Shown: piece by piece, positions 12,644 through 23,255 of the stretch
Layout: each line of letters begins with the position of its first letter
How positions within the stretch are numbered: position 1 is the first letter of the stretch
Assembly: GCA_964517435.1 (NCBI GenBank)
Contig: CAZFEC010000014.1
Location: 1 to 62,223, forward strand
DNA length: 62,223 nt
From: an uncultured Bacteroidia bacterium
GTDB taxonomy: Bacteria; CAIWAD01; BS150m-G50
Direction of reading: 5' to 3'
Translations under genes and position numbers: made by a program
Notes under the pieces: model-generated
The model's input: the letters and a program-made list of their open reading frames with translations, nothing else
What the model was told of the DNA's origin: nothing
The model's database searches: none

Positions 12644-12701
12644 AACTGTCGCATGGTAGTCTGAGGAACTACGGATTAACACGAATCGTCCCCTTTTCCC
12701 C

Positions 12702-12730
12702 TTGACAACCGTCATAGCTTCAGATATAAT
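12702..12730 (+). promoter_or_regulatory. Consensus sigma-70 promoter
   Basis: TTGACA-N17-TATAAT, exact consensus. Confidence 0.9.
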
Positions 12731-12735
12731 GAGGT

Positions 12736-12842
12736 GTAGTATTTCCCAGTTAAACTGTCCTTGCCGTTAGAATATTCCGGGAAATATTGCAAGGTTATGC
12801 CCGCTATCCCTTCTGAAGATGGACGAATAGAGTGGGCATAAC
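12736..12842 (+). ncRNA. Putative structured leader or small RNA with two hairpins
   Basis: Two 12-bp stems with G-U pairs directly after the consensus promoter; family not recognised. Confidence 0.4.
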
Positions 12843-12887
12843 TCAATCACCACTTTCCCCCTTCTGAAAACAGGAGCCTGATCCCGG

Positions 12888-13529
12888 TTGCAAATAGAAA
12901 CATTTGTGCTCGGTAGTTTCGAGAGCAACTGCTACCTGATACGATCTGACGACAACAATCCGGTCTGGCTGATCGATCCCGGCGGTGATCCGGCGAGCGT
13001 AATCGCGCACCTGGAGAGCAAGGGACTGCAGCCGGCCGCCGTTCTTTTAACCCACTGCCATCTGGATCACATCTTCGGTGTCGGCGCTTTGAAGCGCGCC
13101 TGGCCGCAGTTGCCGGTGATCTGTCCGGAAGGGGATCTGCCGCTGTACCGGAATCTCCCGGAGCAAGCGAACATGTTCGGTCTGAAGGCCGAACAGCTGC
13201 CGGACCCGGAGCGGCTGCTGCAGGATGCGGGCACGGTTTTCGAGCAGCCCTGGCCGCTGCGCGCGTTGCCGACGCCCGGCCATTCGCCCGGCAGCACCAC
13301 TTTTTGTCTCACGGCGGTGGACGGCAGCGAGATGCTCTTTACCGGCGACACCCTCTTCCGCGAATCGGTCGGCCGCACCGATCTCTGGGGCGGCGACTGG
13401 GACGAGCTGGAATCATCCGTGCGGGAGCGATTGTACGCTTTTCCCGCCACCACCCGCGTGCTGCCGGGGCACGGACCGGAGACGACTATCGGCTGGGAGC
13501 GGGAGCACAACCAGTTCTTCCGCGCGTGA
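12888..13529 (+). CDS. MBL-fold metallo-hydrolase (glyoxalase II-like)
   Basis: THCHLDH, PGHSPG, TGDTLF, PGHG; TTG start with RBS AGGAG. Confidence 0.9.
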   Translation: MQIETFVLGSFESNCYLIRSDDNNPVWLIDPGGDPASVIAHLESKGLQPAAVLLTHCHLDHIFGVGALKRAWPQLPVICPEGDLPLYRNLPEQANMFGLKAEQLPDPERLLQDAGTVFEQPWPLRALPTPGHSPGSTTFCLTAVDGSEMLFTGDTLFRESVGRTDLWGGDWDELESSVRERLYAFPATTRVLPGHGPETTIGWEREHNQFFRA

Positions 13530-13536
13530 TACAAAG

Positions 13537-13590
13537 TTGCGGTTCGCCGCAGGGTTGCGGTTCGCCGCAGTATTGCGGTTCGCCGCCGCG
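13537..13590. repeat. Three tandem 18-bp hairpin units
   Basis: TTGCGGTTCGCCGCNNNN at 13537, 13555 and 13573. Confidence 0.9.
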
Positions 13591-13634
13591 GTATGGTTGA
13601 AATCATGTGATACATTTGTAATACAAAGGACGCG

Positions 13635-14009
13635 ATGATGATCGGCGTAAAAGGAATGGAACTGGTCTGGTTCTTCGTCAGCGACTGGAAGAGCGCCGTC
13701 AGCTTCTACCGTGATACACTCGGTTTCAAGCTGGTCTTCGTTGACGACGAGGAGGGCTGGGCCGAGTTCAGACCGGGCGAACTGGAAGTACGGCTGGCGA
13801 TCAAGCACTGGCGTCTCAAGAGCCCCTCCCCGCGCGGCGGCGGCGGTTGTCCCGTGATACAAGTGGAAAACCTCGATGCGACCATCGCCCAACTCCAGGA
13901 ACAGGGAGTCACCATGGCCGGACCGGTGCAGGAGGTGGAAGGCATGAAGAAGCATGTAACTTTCTACGACCCCGACGGCAATCCGATTCAGCTGTCGCAG
14001 GTCTGGTAA
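13635..14009 (+). CDS. VOC/glyoxalase family protein
   Basis: FYRDTLGF and FYDPDGNPIQL motifs. Confidence 0.9.
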   Translation: MMIGVKGMELVWFFVSDWKSAVSFYRDTLGFKLVFVDDEEGWAEFRPGELEVRLAIKHWRLKSPSPRGGGGCPVIQVENLDATIAQLQEQGVTMAGPVQEVEGMKKHVTFYDPDGNPIQLSQVW

Positions 14010-14089
14010 GACTAATCAGATAACTCGGATCGTAAGACGAGCAACAATTCCCTCTGGGGCAGATTAAGCACAAAGCAATAGGCGTTATC

Positions 14090-15355
14090 ATGGAAAACAC
14101 ACTCGAGCTGGCGAAACTGGAACAACTCAAAGTCAGCGAGCTGTTTGAGATCGCGAAGGAAATGGGATTGGAAAACGTCGGCGGACTGGCCAAGCAGGAG
14201 CTCATCTTCAAGCTGCTGGCCCGCCAGACCGAACGGGACGGACTCATCTTCGCCCGCGGCGTCCTGGAAATACTGCCGGACGGCTACGGTTTCCTCCGCT
14301 CCGAGGCGAGCAGCTACCTGCCCGGTCCGGAAGACATCTACGTCTCACCGTCACAGATCCGCCGCTTCGGGCTACGCGACGGGCACATCGTCTCCGGCCA
14401 GATCCGTCCCCCCAAGGACAACGAGCGTTTCTTCGCATTGTTGAAGGTCGAGGCGGTGAACTTCTGCGGTCCTGAAGAGACTCGCGAGCGGATTCTCTTC
14501 GACAACCTGACCCCCCTCTTTCCCGAGGAGAAATTCATGCTGGAGCGGGAGGCGAGCGAAGTCTCCATGCGGATCATGGATCTCTTTACTCCCATCGGTA
14601 AGGGGCAGCGCGGCCTGCTGGTGGCCCCCCCGCGCACCGGCAAGACCATCCTGCTGCAGAAAATCGCCAACAGCATCACTACGAATCACCCGGAAGTGGT
14701 CCTGATCATTTTGCTCATCGACGAGCGCCCGGAAGAGGTGACGGAGATGGAGCGGACGGTGGACGCGGAGGTAGTCAGCTCTACTTTCGACGAGAAGCCG
14801 GAACGGCATGTGCAGGTGGCCAAGATGGTGCTGAACAAGGCCAAGCGGCTAGTGGAATACGGTCACGACGTGGTTATCCTGCTGGACAGCATCACGCGAC
14901 TGGCGCGCGCACATAACGCGGAAGCGCCGCACAGCGGCCGCATCCTCTCCGGCGGTGTCGACGCCATGGCGCTTTACGAACCGAAGAAATTCTTCGGCGC
15001 CGCCCGCAACATCGAGGAGGGGGGCAGCCTCACCATCCTGGCGACGGCACTGGTCGAAACCGGCAGCCGCATGGACGAGGTGATCTTCGAGGAGTTCAAG
15101 GGTACCGGCAACATGGAACTGGTGCTGAACCGGGAGCTGGCCGACATGCGAATCTATCCCTCGATCGACATCAACCGCTCCGGCACCCGTAAGGAGGACC
15201 TGCTCCTGGATCGCAAGATCCTCAACAACATCTGGATTCTGCGTAACCTCAGCGCCGGCAAACGCCCGGAGGAGAACATCAAGTTCCTGATCGAGAAGAT
15301 GCGCGAGACCAAGAACAACATCGATTTCTTCGAGATGATGAAACGGCTGGATTAG
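14090..15355 (+). CDS. rho: Transcription termination factor Rho
   Basis: [39 protein letters not shown]. Confidence 0.98.
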   Translation: MENTLELAKLEQLKVSELFEIAKEMGLENVGGLAKQELIFKLLARQTERDGLIFARGVLEILPDGYGFLRSEASSYLPGPEDIYVSPSQIRRFGLRDGHIVSGQIRPPKDNERFFALLKVEAVNFCGPEETRERILFDNLTPLFPEEKFMLEREASEVSMRIMDLFTPIGKGQRGLLVAPPRTGKTILLQKIANSITTNHPEVVLIILLIDERPEEVTEMERTVDAEVVSSTFDEKPERHVQVAKMVLNKAKRLVEYGHDVVILLDSITRLARAHNAEAPHSGRILSGGVDAMALYEPKKFFGAARNIEEGGSLTILATALVETGSRMDEVIFEEFKGTGNMELVLNRELADMRIYPSIDINRSGTRKEDLLLDRKILNNIWILRNLSAGKRPEENIKFLIEKMRETKNNIDFFEMMKRLD

Positions 15356-15386
15356 GACCATTATTTCCTGCCGACCGACAAAACAC

Positions 15387-15415
15387 TTGCAATCGAGTGG
15401 ACGGTACAGTAAAAT
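15387..15415 (+). promoter_or_regulatory. Sigma-70 promoter for rpmE
   Basis: TTGCAA-N17-TAAAAT. Confidence 0.6.
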
Positions 15416-15450
15416 TTGATTCTCGAAATCCGAATTAAATGGAATTCATC

Positions 15451-15666
15451 ATGAAGGACAAAATTCATCCCAAATACGAGATGGCCACCGTCACCTGTGC
15501 GTGCGGCAACACTTTCCAGGTCCGTACCACCACCGGCGACGTCAAACTGGAGATCTGCTCCGAGTGCCATCCCTATTTCACCGGCAAGCAGAAGCTGGTC
15601 GACACCGCCGGACGCGTTGACAAGTTCCGCAAGAAGTATCAGCATCTGGAAGACGACCGTGCCTGA
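15451..15666 (+). CDS. rpmE: 50S ribosomal protein L31 (Zn-binding type)
   Basis: [34 protein letters not shown]. Confidence 0.97.
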   Translation: MKDKIHPKYEMATVTCACGNTFQVRTTTGDVKLEICSECHPYFTGKQKLVDTAGRVDKFRKKYQHLEDDRA

Positions 15667-15696
15667 GCGCCGGTCGCTCGTTCGTTAGAATTTCAC

Positions 15697-15726
15697 AACG
15701 GGATCTTTCGGGATTCCGTTTTTTTT
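15697..15726 (+). terminator. Intrinsic terminator
   Basis: AACGGGATCT-TTCG-GGATTCCGTT followed by a T tract. Confidence 0.85.
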
Positions 15727-15765
15727 AAGCGCCCCGACCGGGCGCCTGCCGGGAGAAATAGACTC

Positions 15766-16824
15766 GTGAGATCCGATCTGAAGCCCCTGTCCCGTTTCCT
15801 GCTCCTGCCGCTGCACTGGCTGACGGCATGGAGTGTTCGCGCCGAGGAGGACACCGTCGAGGTCACCGTCGGCGGCCAGGCGGTACTGGAAGGGGTGATG
15901 ATGCGCTCCCGCGACGCGGTCGCCACCGCCGTCCGCCGTCAACGCGGCGATATTCTGGTCAAACTGGAGCCCTATCTGGCGCTGGCGAAACGGATCCGTC
16001 TCTGGAAACCGCCGCTACTGCGCGGCATCGCCGCCCTCTGGGAGTCGCTGACCATCGGCATGCGCACCCTTAACTGGAGCGCGGAGATCGCGACCGAGGA
16101 GGAGCGCCGGACCGAGGATGGAGCGGAACGGCCCAAATCCTGGTGGGACAGGCTGCTGGGTGTGCTGATGATGATCCTGGCCTTCGCCTTCGGTATCGGG
16201 CTCTTCATCTATCTGCCTTATCTGATCTCCGGCTTCGTTAAACCCGGCGCCGACCCGATCATCTTCCACATCATCGCCGGTACGCTGCGGGTCGCGTTGT
16301 TGATCGGCTACCTCTGGGCGATTTCACTCGCGCCCGATATCCGGCGTCTGTTTATGTATCACGGCGCCGAACACAAGACGATTGCGACGCATGAAGACAA
16401 GCAGGAGCTGACGGCGGACAACGCCGCCGCCCATTCCCGTTTCCACCCCCGCTGCGGCACCAGTTTCGTGTTGATCGTCGCCCTGTTGACGATGGTGGCC
16501 TTCATGCTGATCGACGCGCTGATCATCTGGCTGGTCGGCGACTACAACTCCGCCCTGCATCGCCTGCTCGTGCACATCCCTTTCATCCCCCTCGTGGCCG
16601 GTTTCTCCTTCGAGATGCTGCGGCTCTCCGCGCGCCACCGTGATACCTGGCTGGGCCGGCAGGTAGTGAAGCCGGGCCTCTGGCTGCAACGTATCACAAC
16701 CCGCGAGCCGGAACCGGCGATGCTGGAGGTAGCGCTCGTCTCACTGCTCGTCTCCCTCGATCACGCCATCGATCCCGAGCGCGCCACCCTGCAGACGGAA
16801 GCGGCGGCCGCGCAGCCCGGTTAG
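15766..16824 (+). CDS. DUF1385 family membrane protein
   Basis: GGQAVLEGVMM, YHGAEHK, HPRCGTSF, QRITTREP; usual position between rpmE and prfA. Confidence 0.9.
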   Translation: MRSDLKPLSRFLLLPLHWLTAWSVRAEEDTVEVTVGGQAVLEGVMMRSRDAVATAVRRQRGDILVKLEPYLALAKRIRLWKPPLLRGIAALWESLTIGMRTLNWSAEIATEEERRTEDGAERPKSWWDRLLGVLMMILAFAFGIGLFIYLPYLISGFVKPGADPIIFHIIAGTLRVALLIGYLWAISLAPDIRRLFMYHGAEHKTIATHEDKQELTADNAAAHSRFHPRCGTSFVLIVALLTMVAFMLIDALIIWLVGDYNSALHRLLVHIPFIPLVAGFSFEMLRLSARHRDTWLGRQVVKPGLWLQRITTREPEPAMLEVALVSLLVSLDHAIDPERATLQTEAAAAQPG

Positions 16825-16893
16825 CTGCCGCACGTTCACCTCGACTCGATATCGACCGACGATTACCCACGGATTGATCAAGGATATTCCGCC

Positions 16894-17967
16894 ATGGAAA
16901 TTCGACAGAAGCTGTCAGCGGTCGCTGAACAGTACCGCGCTCTCACCGAGCAGCTCTCCCAGCCGGGAGTGGCCTCGGATAAGGAACAATACGCTCAGTT
17001 GAGCCGGGACCACAGCCGGCTGGGCCAGATCGTTACCCGGCATGAACAGTGGCTGGAACTGGAAGAGCGGCTGGCTGGCGCACGCCAGCTACTGGCCGAG
17101 GAGCAGGATTCAGAGCTCCAGGAGCTGGCGCGCGAGGAGGTGGAAGCACTCTCCGAGCAGAGCGAGGAGCTGCTGGCGCAACTGAAGGAACTGCTGGTGC
17201 CGCCTGATCCGGATGATTCCAAGAATGTGATCATGGAGATCCGCGCCGGTACCGGCGGCGACGAAGCCGCGCTGTTCGCCGGCGATCTCTTTCGCATGTA
17301 TTCCCGCCTGGCGGAACTGGAACGCTGGCAGGTGGAGACCCTCTCGACCAACGCCCAGGGCATTGGCGGCTTCAAGGAGATCGTGTTCAGCGTACAGGGG
17401 AAGGATGTCTTCGGCAAGCTCAAGTACGAAGCCGGCGTGCACCGGGTCCAGCGAGTACCCCTGACCGAATCCTCCGGCCGGGTGCACACATCCGCCGCCA
17501 CGGTAGCCGTACTGCCGGAGGCGGGTGAAGTCGAAATCAAAATCGATCCCAACGATCTGCGCATTGATGTTTACCGCGCCACCGGTCACGGCGGCCAGTC
17601 GGTGAACACCACCGATTCGGCAGTGCGCATCACCCACCTGCCCACCAACCTGGTCGTCACCTGCCAGGATGAGAAGTCCCAGCACAAGAACAAGGCCAAG
17701 GCGATGAAGGTGCTGCTGTCGCGTCTCTACGACCGCAAGCAGGCTGAGGAGCAGGCGAAGCGCTCCGCCGAGCGCCGTTCGCAGGTGCTGACCGGCGACC
17801 GCAGTGCCAAGATCCGGACCTACAATTTCCCGCAGGGCCGGGTGACCGATCACCGCATCAACTTGACGCTGTATCGTCTGAACGAAGTGCTGGCGGGCGA
17901 CCTGGAGGAGATCATCGCCGCTTTACGGCTGGCGGACAAAATGGAAAAGCTGCAGCATGAAGGATAA
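16894..17967 (+). CDS. prfA: Peptide chain release factor 1
   Basis: [17 protein letters not shown] (PxT), [13 protein letters not shown]. Confidence 0.97.
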   Translation: MEIRQKLSAVAEQYRALTEQLSQPGVASDKEQYAQLSRDHSRLGQIVTRHEQWLELEERLAGARQLLAEEQDSELQELAREEVEALSEQSEELLAQLKELLVPPDPDDSKNVIMEIRAGTGGDEAALFAGDLFRMYSRLAELERWQVETLSTNAQGIGGFKEIVFSVQGKDVFGKLKYEAGVHRVQRVPLTESSGRVHTSAATVAVLPEAGEVEIKIDPNDLRIDVYRATGHGGQSVNTTDSAVRITHLPTNLVVTCQDEKSQHKNKAKAMKVLLSRLYDRKQAEEQAKRSAERRSQVLTGDRSAKIRTYNFPQGRVTDHRINLTLYRLNEVLAGDLEEIIAALRLADKMEKLQHEG

Positions 17968-18841
17968 TGCCGCCCGGCGCCACTGGACCTTGTTGTCAGT
18001 ATTGGAAGCGGCGGAACAATACCTCGCTTCCCGCCAGGTGGAATCGCCGCGACGCGCGGCGGAACTGCTGCTCAGCCAGCTGCTGGGCTTGAAGCGCATC
18101 GATCTCTATGTCGAATATGATCGCCCCGTCAGTGACCAGGAGCGGGATCGACTGCGGGAGCTGGTGCGCCGCGCCGGCAACCAGGAACCGCTGCAGTACA
18201 TCCTCGGCAAAACCGACTGGCGCGACCTGACCCTGGCGGTGGCGTCGGGAGTGCTGATCCCCCGTCCCGAGACGGAGGGGCTGGTCGACCTGGTGCTGGC
18301 GCGTCTGGAGCCGCAGCTTCCGCGCACCTTGCTCGATCTGGGTACCGGCAGCGGCTGCCTGGCGATCGCTCTCGCGCGGGCGTTGCCGGAGACGACGGCC
18401 GTCACCGCGCTCGATTCCTCGCCGGAGGCAATCGCACTGGCGGAGCGCAATATTGCCGCTTACAAACTCACCGAGCGGATCGAACTGGTGACCGGGTCCG
18501 CCTTCGATCTGTCCGTCGAACGTCAGTGGGACGTAATCGTCAGCAATCCTCCCTACATCGATATCGCCGAGCGTGAAACACTGCCCCCTAATGTACGGGA
18601 ATGGGAACCGCATACGGCTCTGTTCGACGGCGGTGACGGTCTTTCCTTCTACCGGCTGCTGAGTGAAGGCGGTCTGCTGGCGCCGGGCGGCAGCATCTTT
18701 TGTGAACTGCCCGCGCCCGCGGCGACGACGGTACAACAGCTTTTCGAGTCGCGTTTCCAGGAGGTAACGGTGGAACCGGACCTGGCCGGGCGGCCCCGCT
18801 ACCTGATCGCCAGCGGCGAACGGGAGCACGGACATGAGTAA
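17957..18841 (+). CDS. prmC: Release factor glutamine methyltransferase
   Basis: [20 protein letters not shown]; overlaps prfA. Confidence 0.95.
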   Translation: MKDNAARRHWTLLSVLEAAEQYLASRQVESPRRAAELLLSQLLGLKRIDLYVEYDRPVSDQERDRLRELVRRAGNQEPLQYILGKTDWRDLTLAVASGVLIPRPETEGLVDLVLARLEPQLPRTLLDLGTGSGCLAIALARALPETTAVTALDSSPEAIALAERNIAAYKLTERIELVTGSAFDLSVERQWDVIVSNPPYIDIAERETLPPNVREWEPHTALFDGGDGLSFYRLLSEGGLLAPGGSIFCELPAPAATTVQQLFESRFQEVTVEPDLAGRPRYLIASGEREHGHE

Positions 18842-21164
18842 GAACATCAGCGCCCGTGAACAGCGTCTGCGCCAGGCGGTTGTCGAGGCGCTCAGCGAAA
18901 GCGGCACCGCCCGGACGCGCGAACTGTTCAACCGCCTGCGCCGGCCGGGCTCCTACGATCGCTTCAAGTCGCTGCTGACCGCTCTGCTGAAAGAGGGAAC
19001 CATCGAACGCGCCGCCAAGCGCACCTGGCGGCTGCCGCGAGGCGCCGGCGTACCGGCGGGAACCATCGGAACCCTCCACTTGAACGGCAACGGCGGCGTG
19101 CTCTTCCTGCCGCTGGACGGTACGGAGCGACTACAGGTTCGCGGCGCCGATCTGAACGGCGCGTTGCCCGGCGATACCGTGCGCGTCAAACCGTTGTCCG
19201 CGCGACAGGGTCTGCCGGCCACCGGCCAGGTAGTGGCGATTGATGCGCGTGCCGCCCGGCAGGTGGTGGGGCGTATCGAGCGCTGGGGTCGTCGTCAGAT
19301 GTTGATTCCCATCGACGGCGTTCTCAAAGGGGCGATCGCGATCCGTCATTCGCAACTGCCTCTGCACGAGGGTATGCAGGTGCTGGCGGGACTAGTCTAC
19401 GAAACCACCCACTACCAGCGTACCGTCGTCGCGGCCGACATCATCCGGAGTTACGGAGAGGCCTCCCGGGCGGAACTGTTGCAGGCGTCCCTGCGCTGCG
19501 CCCTGCTATTGCCGAGCGATTTCCCGCCCCCGGTGCTCCGGGAAGCAGAACAGCTGGACGCCACCATACCCGCTGCCGGGGCCGAGGGTTGGGAACGCCG
19601 CGACCTGCGCGACTGGACCATCTTCACCATCGATCCGCCTGATGCGCGCGATTTCGACGACGCCGTCTCCATCACGCCGCTGCCGGACGGCGGTTTCCGC
19701 CTCGGCGTCCATATCGCGGATGTGTCACATTACGTCGCGCCCGGTTCGCAACTGGACCGGGAGGCACTGCAGCGGTGTACCTCCGTTTACCTGGTCGGCG
19801 AGGTCGTACCCATGCTGCCGCTGCGGTTGAGTTCCGACCTCTGCAGCCTGCGCGAGGGGGAGGATCGCTATGCCCTGAGTTGCTTGATCGATTACGACGA
19901 GCGCGGCCGACCGCGCCGCTCCGAGGTATTCCCCAGCCTGATCCGCAGTTGCCGGCGATTCGATTACAATACCGTGGAGGAAATACTGAGCCGCCTGCCG
20001 CGGGTGCGACGCCGCGATTACGATCCGGAGGAACGACACCCCGATACGGTGGAGCGCAGCCTGTATCACATGAACCTGCTGTTCCGCAAACTGCGGCGCC
20101 GGCGACTACGGGAAGGGAGTCTCGACTTCAGCACCGCCGAACCGCGCTTCGAACTGGATGACACCGGCCTGCCGGTGGCGGTGGATGCGGTGCGGCAGCT
20201 GGACAGCCACCGCCTGGTCGAGGAGTTCATGCTGGCGGCCAACCGGGACGTCGCCCGGCGTATCACGGAGGCCGCGGTGCCCGGCATCTACCGGGTACAC
20301 GAGGTGCCCAGCGGCGAGAAACTGCTGCGTTTCACCGACTTCGTCCGGCACCTGGGTGTCGTCGTCGATCCGGAGGCGCTGCAGACCGGCGAGGCCTGGC
20401 AGAAGATTCTACGGGAGTTCCGCGGCACCGCTACCGAACTGGTGCTGAACGAAGTGGTGTTACGCAGCATGATGAAAGCTGTCTACAGCACGGAAAACCG
20501 CGGACATTTTGGACTCGCCTTCGACAACTACACGCATTTCACCTCGCCGATCCGGCGCTATCCCGACCTCCTGGTGCACCGCATCCTGAAGCAGATGTAT
20601 CACAAACGGACGCTGCCGGCCGCGGAGTTGAAGCGGGCTGCGCAGATCGCAACGCTACGCGAGATCAACGCCATGGAGGCGGAGCGGGAATCGATCCGGA
20701 TCAAGCAGCTGCTTTACCTCGAGAACAGGGTAGGGGAGCGCTGGCGCGGTGTGATCCGCGGTATCGAGCGGTTCGGCATCTTCATAGAATTGGAGGAAAT
20801 CCTGGCGGACGGCATGGTGCCGGTAGCGGCTTTAGATGACGATTACTATGTTTATGATGCCAAAAGCTGGACTATGCAGGGACGCAACCAGGGTATCTGC
20901 TACCAGATCGGCCAACCGGTGCTGGTCGAGGTAACCAGATGTGATGTGGCCGAACGCAAGCTTGACCTGAAAATTGTCGAATCCCTGCGACCGCGGCGCT
21001 ATTATGATAAGAATCGCAAGCGCGGATCTGACACCAGCGCTCCTCAGCGCCGGCCGCGCAAGGCTCGAACAGCGGCGGCAACCGGCACCCCTGCCCGCGG
21101 GACCAAACGCAAACGGCCGGCTGCCAGCGCTAAACCACGGAAAGGACCGGACCGGACAGAATGA
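18834..21164 (+). CDS. rnr: Ribonuclease R
   Basis: TIDPPDARDFDDA, HIADVS, HFTSPIRRYPD, S1 domain, basic tail. Confidence 0.93.
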   Translation: MSKNISAREQRLRQAVVEALSESGTARTRELFNRLRRPGSYDRFKSLLTALLKEGTIERAAKRTWRLPRGAGVPAGTIGTLHLNGNGGVLFLPLDGTERLQVRGADLNGALPGDTVRVKPLSARQGLPATGQVVAIDARAARQVVGRIERWGRRQMLIPIDGVLKGAIAIRHSQLPLHEGMQVLAGLVYETTHYQRTVVAADIIRSYGEASRAELLQASLRCALLLPSDFPPPVLREAEQLDATIPAAGAEGWERRDLRDWTIFTIDPPDARDFDDAVSITPLPDGGFRLGVHIADVSHYVAPGSQLDREALQRCTSVYLVGEVVPMLPLRLSSDLCSLREGEDRYALSCLIDYDERGRPRRSEVFPSLIRSCRRFDYNTVEEILSRLPRVRRRDYDPEERHPDTVERSLYHMNLLFRKLRRRRLREGSLDFSTAEPRFELDDTGLPVAVDAVRQLDSHRLVEEFMLAANRDVARRITEAAVPGIYRVHEVPSGEKLLRFTDFVRHLGVVVDPEALQTGEAWQKILREFRGTATELVLNEVVLRSMMKAVYSTENRGHFGLAFDNYTHFTSPIRRYPDLLVHRILKQMYHKRTLPAAELKRAAQIATLREINAMEAERESIRIKQLLYLENRVGERWRGVIRGIERFGIFIELEEILADGMVPVAALDDDYYVYDAKSWTMQGRNQGICYQIGQPVLVEVTRCDVAERKLDLKIVESLRPRRYYDKNRKRGSDTSAPQRRPRKARTAAATGTPARGTKRKRPAASAKPRKGPDRTE

Positions 21165-21979
21165 CCTTCTACCAACGACTTCAGCAGACGATCCAGGCGC
21201 GCGGGAGCAACCTCTGCGTCGGTCTCGACCCCGATCCCGCCAAGATACCGGCCGCCTTTGCCGGCCGCAGTGACCCGGTCGCAGCCTTCCTGCGCGAGGT
21301 GATCGAAGCGGTAAGCGACGTGGCCTGTGCGTTCAAGCCCAACTTCGCATTTTTCGAAGCGCTGGGCGAGCGGGGCTGGCGGCTGCTGCACGAAGTAGTA
21401 GCGGCGGTACCCGACGATATGATCACCATCGCGGACGCCAAGCGGGGTGATATCGGCAATACCGCCAGGGCTTATGCGCGCGCCATCTATGACGAGCTCG
21501 GCTTCGATTGTGTCACGCTGAATCCCCTGATGGGCCATGACGCCATGGAACCTTTTCTCGCCTACCCGGAGCGCGGCGCCTTTGCACTCGTGTTGACCTC
21601 AAACCCCGGCGCCGCCGATTTCCAGCTCCTGCCGACCGAACAGGGCCCCCTCTACCTGCGCATGCTGCGCAAAGTGCTGGAATGGAACGAAGCGGACAAT
21701 CTCGGCGCCGTCGTCGGCGCAACGCGGCCGGAACTGATCGCCGCCATCCGCCGGGAGGCTCCCCGGTTGCCGCTCCTCCTGCCCGGTATCGGCAGCCAGG
21801 GTGGCGACCTGGCCGCGACTCTGGCGGCCGCCGCCCCCACCGCCGACGCGCTGTTCATGGTCAATGTATCACGTGCAGTTATCTATCCCACCGGCACCGG
21901 CGACTTCCAGACGTTGGTGCGGGAGCAGGCTCTGGATTATCGCGACCGGATCGCAGCAGCCTTGACGGAAACGCCATGA
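21161..21979 (+). CDS. pyrF: Orotidine-5'-phosphate decarboxylase
   Basis: CVGLDP, FKPN, DAKRGDIGNT, TSNPG, GAVVGAT. Confidence 0.95.
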   Translation: MTFYQRLQQTIQARGSNLCVGLDPDPAKIPAAFAGRSDPVAAFLREVIEAVSDVACAFKPNFAFFEALGERGWRLLHEVVAAVPDDMITIADAKRGDIGNTARAYARAIYDELGFDCVTLNPLMGHDAMEPFLAYPERGAFALVLTSNPGAADFQLLPTEQGPLYLRMLRKVLEWNEADNLGAVVGATRPELIAAIRREAPRLPLLLPGIGSQGGDLAATLAAAAPTADALFMVNVSRAVIYPTGTGDFQTLVREQALDYRDRIAAALTETP

Positions 21980-22638
21980 ACGCTACCCATCTGCAACTGC
22001 GTGAACAGCTTTCCCTTTCCATCCGGCACCAGGAGGGACGCATCCGCTTCCGTACTCAGGTAGCGGATGTGGGGGTGGACTTCTTCGCCGTCAACCTGCT
22101 CGATCTGCCGGAAGCCAGGCAGGGAGCTCTCGTAGCCGGCGACGAAGTGCGCGGTACTATCGTACGTCACGATGCCCTTTATCATTTCAGCTCGTATGTG
22201 ATCGGCGTTTTCCCGGTTGAGCGGCTGCAGTTGCTGCGGGTAGCCCAACCCCGAAACTTCTGGCGCGAACAGCGACGGCAGTTTTTCCGGGTTGAGCACC
22301 GGATTCCGGTTGTGATACAATTGGAATACCAGAACTCGGGCGCGGAACGGCAGAGCTGCACCATCAACGGCAGCATCCTCAACATCAGCGCCGGCGGCGT
22401 CAAGATACTGGCCGATCTCCCGGACGGGGTCGAACTGCAGCAGGGCGCGCATGTAATGCTCAGCTTTGATATCGAGGAGTTCAGTTTCACCGATCTGCTG
22501 GGCGAGGTGCTGCGCATCGACAAATCGCCGACACAACGCAGTTTTGCCGTCATTTTCATCGATCCGAAAATCGATACGCAGAATACCATCACCCGTTTGA
22601 ATATTCTCTACGAACGCAGGTTTATCCTGGGAGGTTGA
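21976..22638 (+). CDS. PilZ-domain protein (YcgR/flagellar-brake-like)
   Basis: QRRQFFR (RxxxR) and NISAGG ([DN]xSxxG); ATGA overlap with pyrF. Confidence 0.85.
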   Translation: MNATHLQLREQLSLSIRHQEGRIRFRTQVADVGVDFFAVNLLDLPEARQGALVAGDEVRGTIVRHDALYHFSSYVIGVFPVERLQLLRVAQPRNFWREQRRQFFRVEHRIPVVIQLEYQNSGAERQSCTINGSILNISAGGVKILADLPDGVELQQGAHVMLSFDIEEFSFTDLLGEVLRIDKSPTQRSFAVIFIDPKIDTQNTITRLNILYERRFILGG

Positions 22639-22639
22639 A

Positions 22640-23224
22640 GTGACTACAGCAGCTTATTCCGTCGAGGAGACGTTCGAGCGTTCCGGCGCCTTGCTGGAAG
22701 GGCATTTCGAACTGACTTCCGGTCGCCATTCCGACAAGTACTTCCAATGCGCTCTCGTCCTGCAGTACCCCGAATTCTGCGAAGCGCTCTGCCGGCGGAT
22801 AGCTGAACACTTTCAGCAAACGGGCGAACGGATAAACACCGTTATCGCGCCCGCCATCGGCGGAATCGTCGTCGCGCAGGAAGTAGGGCGGCTGCTGGAT
22901 GTGCGCTCCCTGTTCGCCGAACGGCAGGCGGGTGCCATGACCCTGCGTCGCGGATTCGACATCGCGGCCGGTGAAAGCGTACTGGTGGTGGAGGATGTGG
23001 TGACGACCGGCGGCTCCGTGCAGGAAGTCGTCGAACTCGTGCAATCGCGGGACGCCCGGGTAGTCGGTGTCGGCGCCATCGTCGACCGTTCCGGCGGCCG
23101 GGCTGATTTCGGCGTTCCGTTTTTCGCGGCCCACCGTCAGGAAGTGGTTACCTGGGAAGCGGCGGACTGTCCGCTCTGCCACCGGGAACAACCGATCGAC
23201 AAACCGGGCAGCCGCGATCTGTAA
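22640..23224 (+). CDS. pyrE: Orotate phosphoribosyltransferase
   Basis: GHFELTSGRHS, VVEDVVTTGGS. Confidence 0.95.
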   Translation: MTTAAYSVEETFERSGALLEGHFELTSGRHSDKYFQCALVLQYPEFCEALCRRIAEHFQQTGERINTVIAPAIGGIVVAQEVGRLLDVRSLFAERQAGAMTLRRGFDIAAGESVLVVEDVVTTGGSVQEVVELVQSRDARVVGVGAIVDRSGGRADFGVPFFAAHRQEVVTWEAADCPLCHREQPIDKPGSRDL

Positions 23225-23255
23225 AACACAGATGTCAGCAATGGAATAACACCGG

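Noticed and set aside
13537-13590. CRISPR array
   Set aside because: Units are 18 bp and adjacent with no unique spacers; no cas genes in the window
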